Positions 61,775 to 64,000 of a DNA stretch of 64,000 nt are shown here, one piece after another. The notes beneath the pieces were generated by a model. It did not search any database. It saw only the letters and a program-made list of their open reading frames with translations, and was not told where the DNA came from. This DNA comes from Octopus sinensis (taxonomy: Eukaryota), in contig NC_042997.1 in assembly GCF_006345805.1 (NCBI RefSeq), forward strand, positions 49,104,001 to 49,168,000, given 5' to 3'. The position numbers and the translations under genes are program-made. How positions within the stretch are numbered: the first letter of the stretch is position 1; each line of letters opens with the position of its first letter.

Positions 61775-63493
61775 TTGAATACTACTTTGATCTGCTATTC
61801 ACAGTTACACACTTACAGAACAATTGTATGGAGCATTCTACAGGATGTTGCAGAAAATGTCATAAAAAGTAACCAACATTAACAACACTGAAGTTTACTA
61901 GTGTTACAACACCTTTTTCTTTCTTTCTTTTTTTTTTTACTGTTTAAAATGTACTTTTACAAACAATTTTGCAGCATTTTTATTTTAGACAAGAAGAGAT
62001 AAAACCCAGGTTATTCTTTAAAGCAACATTTAATATAAGATAATATGTGATCTTGAGATAGGTTTGATTACTATTTCTAGCAGGTCAGACTCCCAAACAG
62101 GTCTCCCTTGCTGGCTTATGTACACATACAAATACACACACACACACACAGACACACACACATACATAAGATGTGTGGACATACACACATACATAAGACA
62201 GAAAGGTGTGGGTTGAGGAAGATTTGGTTGCTATTTTTAGCATGTTTAGCTGCCAAGTAGTGATTCACTTGTTGACACATGCATGCATACACATACACAC
62301 AATTTTAAGGTAGTAATTATTATTATTGGCAGATGAAACAGCAGAAGCCTTACACCAAAAGTTGGATACATTCCTGATAATCTGTTCTGATTAACTTCCA
62401 AGCAATAAAATATTTTCAATCAATCTTTTATATTTTATCTTCTTTTAATTCATTTTAATGATCATCATTCATAATCATTACGAGCAGCAACTAGCCATAA
62501 ATAACTACAGAAGCAACACTCAAATGGTTTGTAAGATGCATACACATGTATTTTGGGCATCCACCCATAGAAACCACACCAAAATAGACTATGGAACCTG
62601 GTGCAGCCCCTGACCTTACCAGAACCAGTCAAGCCATCAAACCCATGTCAGCATGGAAAGTGGATGTTAAACGATGATCATGATATACACACACACAATT
62701 TGATCCTATATTTGATCCTATATACACAATACAAGGTAATCCCCACAATCAAGAACCCTACATGGCATTATTGCAATTCTTTGTTAACCCAGGTCTGTCT
62801 GTTCAACATGACCATGATCCCAGGGTCTCCAAGTTTTCGTCATCCCTTCTTTGTGTTTCCAGGCCATATGGTGAGGTATGATCTGGCTGCTGTAGACGCT
62901 CACATAATTCATGTTATTCATATAGGATAGGACTCCCTTCAGTTATGAATGACCATGGATTGCACCTAGAAAGCTCCTCTTCCAAGTAAGTTTGCTTATG
63001 GAAGACCAACAGTCAGCTTTGCATACCAACCTCCCCTCTCCATGCCACCAATGTTATCCAAGGGAAAGGCCAATACAGCTTGGCACTAGTGATGTCGCAA
63101 CTCATTTCTATCAATGAGAGAACTGGAGCAACATGAAATAAAGTGCTTTGCTCAAAAACACAACACACAGTCCGGTCCAGCAATTGCATAATTGTGAGCC
63201 CAGTGCTCTAACCAATGAGCTATGTGCCTTTATGTTGTTGTTCAAGGGAATATAGAAATATAGTTTATGGAACTAGTTTGGTTGAAGAAGCCACCAAAGG
63301 AAAGGAAAGCAACCAGTCTAACTCCTCAATTGGTGCAAGTCAGTACCAGATTCTTTGTAAAGGTTTACAGTGTTTACATTGCAAAAGGCATTCACAGGAA
63401 AGCGATTATTTGTAGTAGTAGAAATTTCCTAACAATACATCAAAATTGTTTATACAACTAAAGTGTCTTACTCACATACATTATATATATATG

Positions 63494-63532
<39 letters not shown>

Positions 63533-63601
63533 TACATGTATGCATATATATATACATGTATACATATATATACATGTATACATAGATATACATTCGCTGT
63601 A

Positions 63602-64000
63602 TTTTGTCACGGAAAATATATCTCGCTTGTTGACAAATAGTGTATATCCACCTAGATCAGCTCGCAGAGCCATCTACTCAGACAGTGAAATGTTAACATT
63701 TCAGAATAGTTACCTCCTCATTGGTCACAGACACTAAGCAGATGACACTACAAGCTAAATTAAGAGATTAACTCTCTTGTGCTTTTCCAGTCATCGTATG
63801 GTGATCGGTAGCGCAATATGGTGACTCACAGTAAGTAAATTATGGAGGGGGAGCGCTAAGCAATGATAAGTGAAATTACAATGTTATTATCAGTCTAAAT
63901 ATGCTCAATGCATGTTCAAACTGGGGAACAAGCTACTCACCGTCTTTTGTCACGGAGAATATATCTCACTTGTTGACAAATAGTGTGCATACTCCTAGAT
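63602..64000. repeat. ~344-bp-spaced direct repeat running off the window end
   Basis: TTTTGTCACGGA.AATATATCTC.CTTGTTGACAAATAGTGT at ~63602 and ~63946. Confidence 0.7.

Noticed and set aside
44376-64000. Laminin LN (domain VI) exons or a nested host gene
   Set aside because: No LN-like translation was found by eye on the minus strand, and short ORFs here map to repeats or lack recognisable motifs. A small exon could have been missed.

Overview
AT-rich, microsatellite-rich animal genomic DNA. The SINE, RTE and MITE content points to an octopod cephalopod (inference, not proven). The window lies inside one gene on the minus strand, a laminin gamma chain (LAMC1/LanB2-like). I traced 21 GT-AG exons between 44375 and 1393 with continuous reading phase. 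They encode LE repeats, the L4 domain, further LE repeats with the nidogen-binding loop, and the start of the coiled coil. The N-terminal LN exon(s) and the C-terminal exons were not found and probably lie outside the window. The introns hold an intact-ORF RTE LINE with a PHD-like finger, CR1 and Penelope-like fragments, a full-length decayed mariner, piggyBac/hAT/mariner MITEs, Helitron-type elements and many tRNA-derived SINEs. Four observations stand out. (1) A 1.33-kb insertion with a 13-bp target-site duplication, built from a 535-bp monomer carrying a type I hammerhead ribozyme fold, arranged as a 577-bp fold-back about 50 bp from a laminin splice donor (retrozyme/Penelope-like). (2) A second, variant (G3-C8) hammerhead-like fold with a competing hairpin. 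(3) A 17-unit tandem array of a laminin exon/intron junction (AG|GTATGA). (4) A 27/135-bp higher-order minisatellite forming a giant pyrimidine tract before an acceptor. All calls were made by eye, with no database search or folding software.
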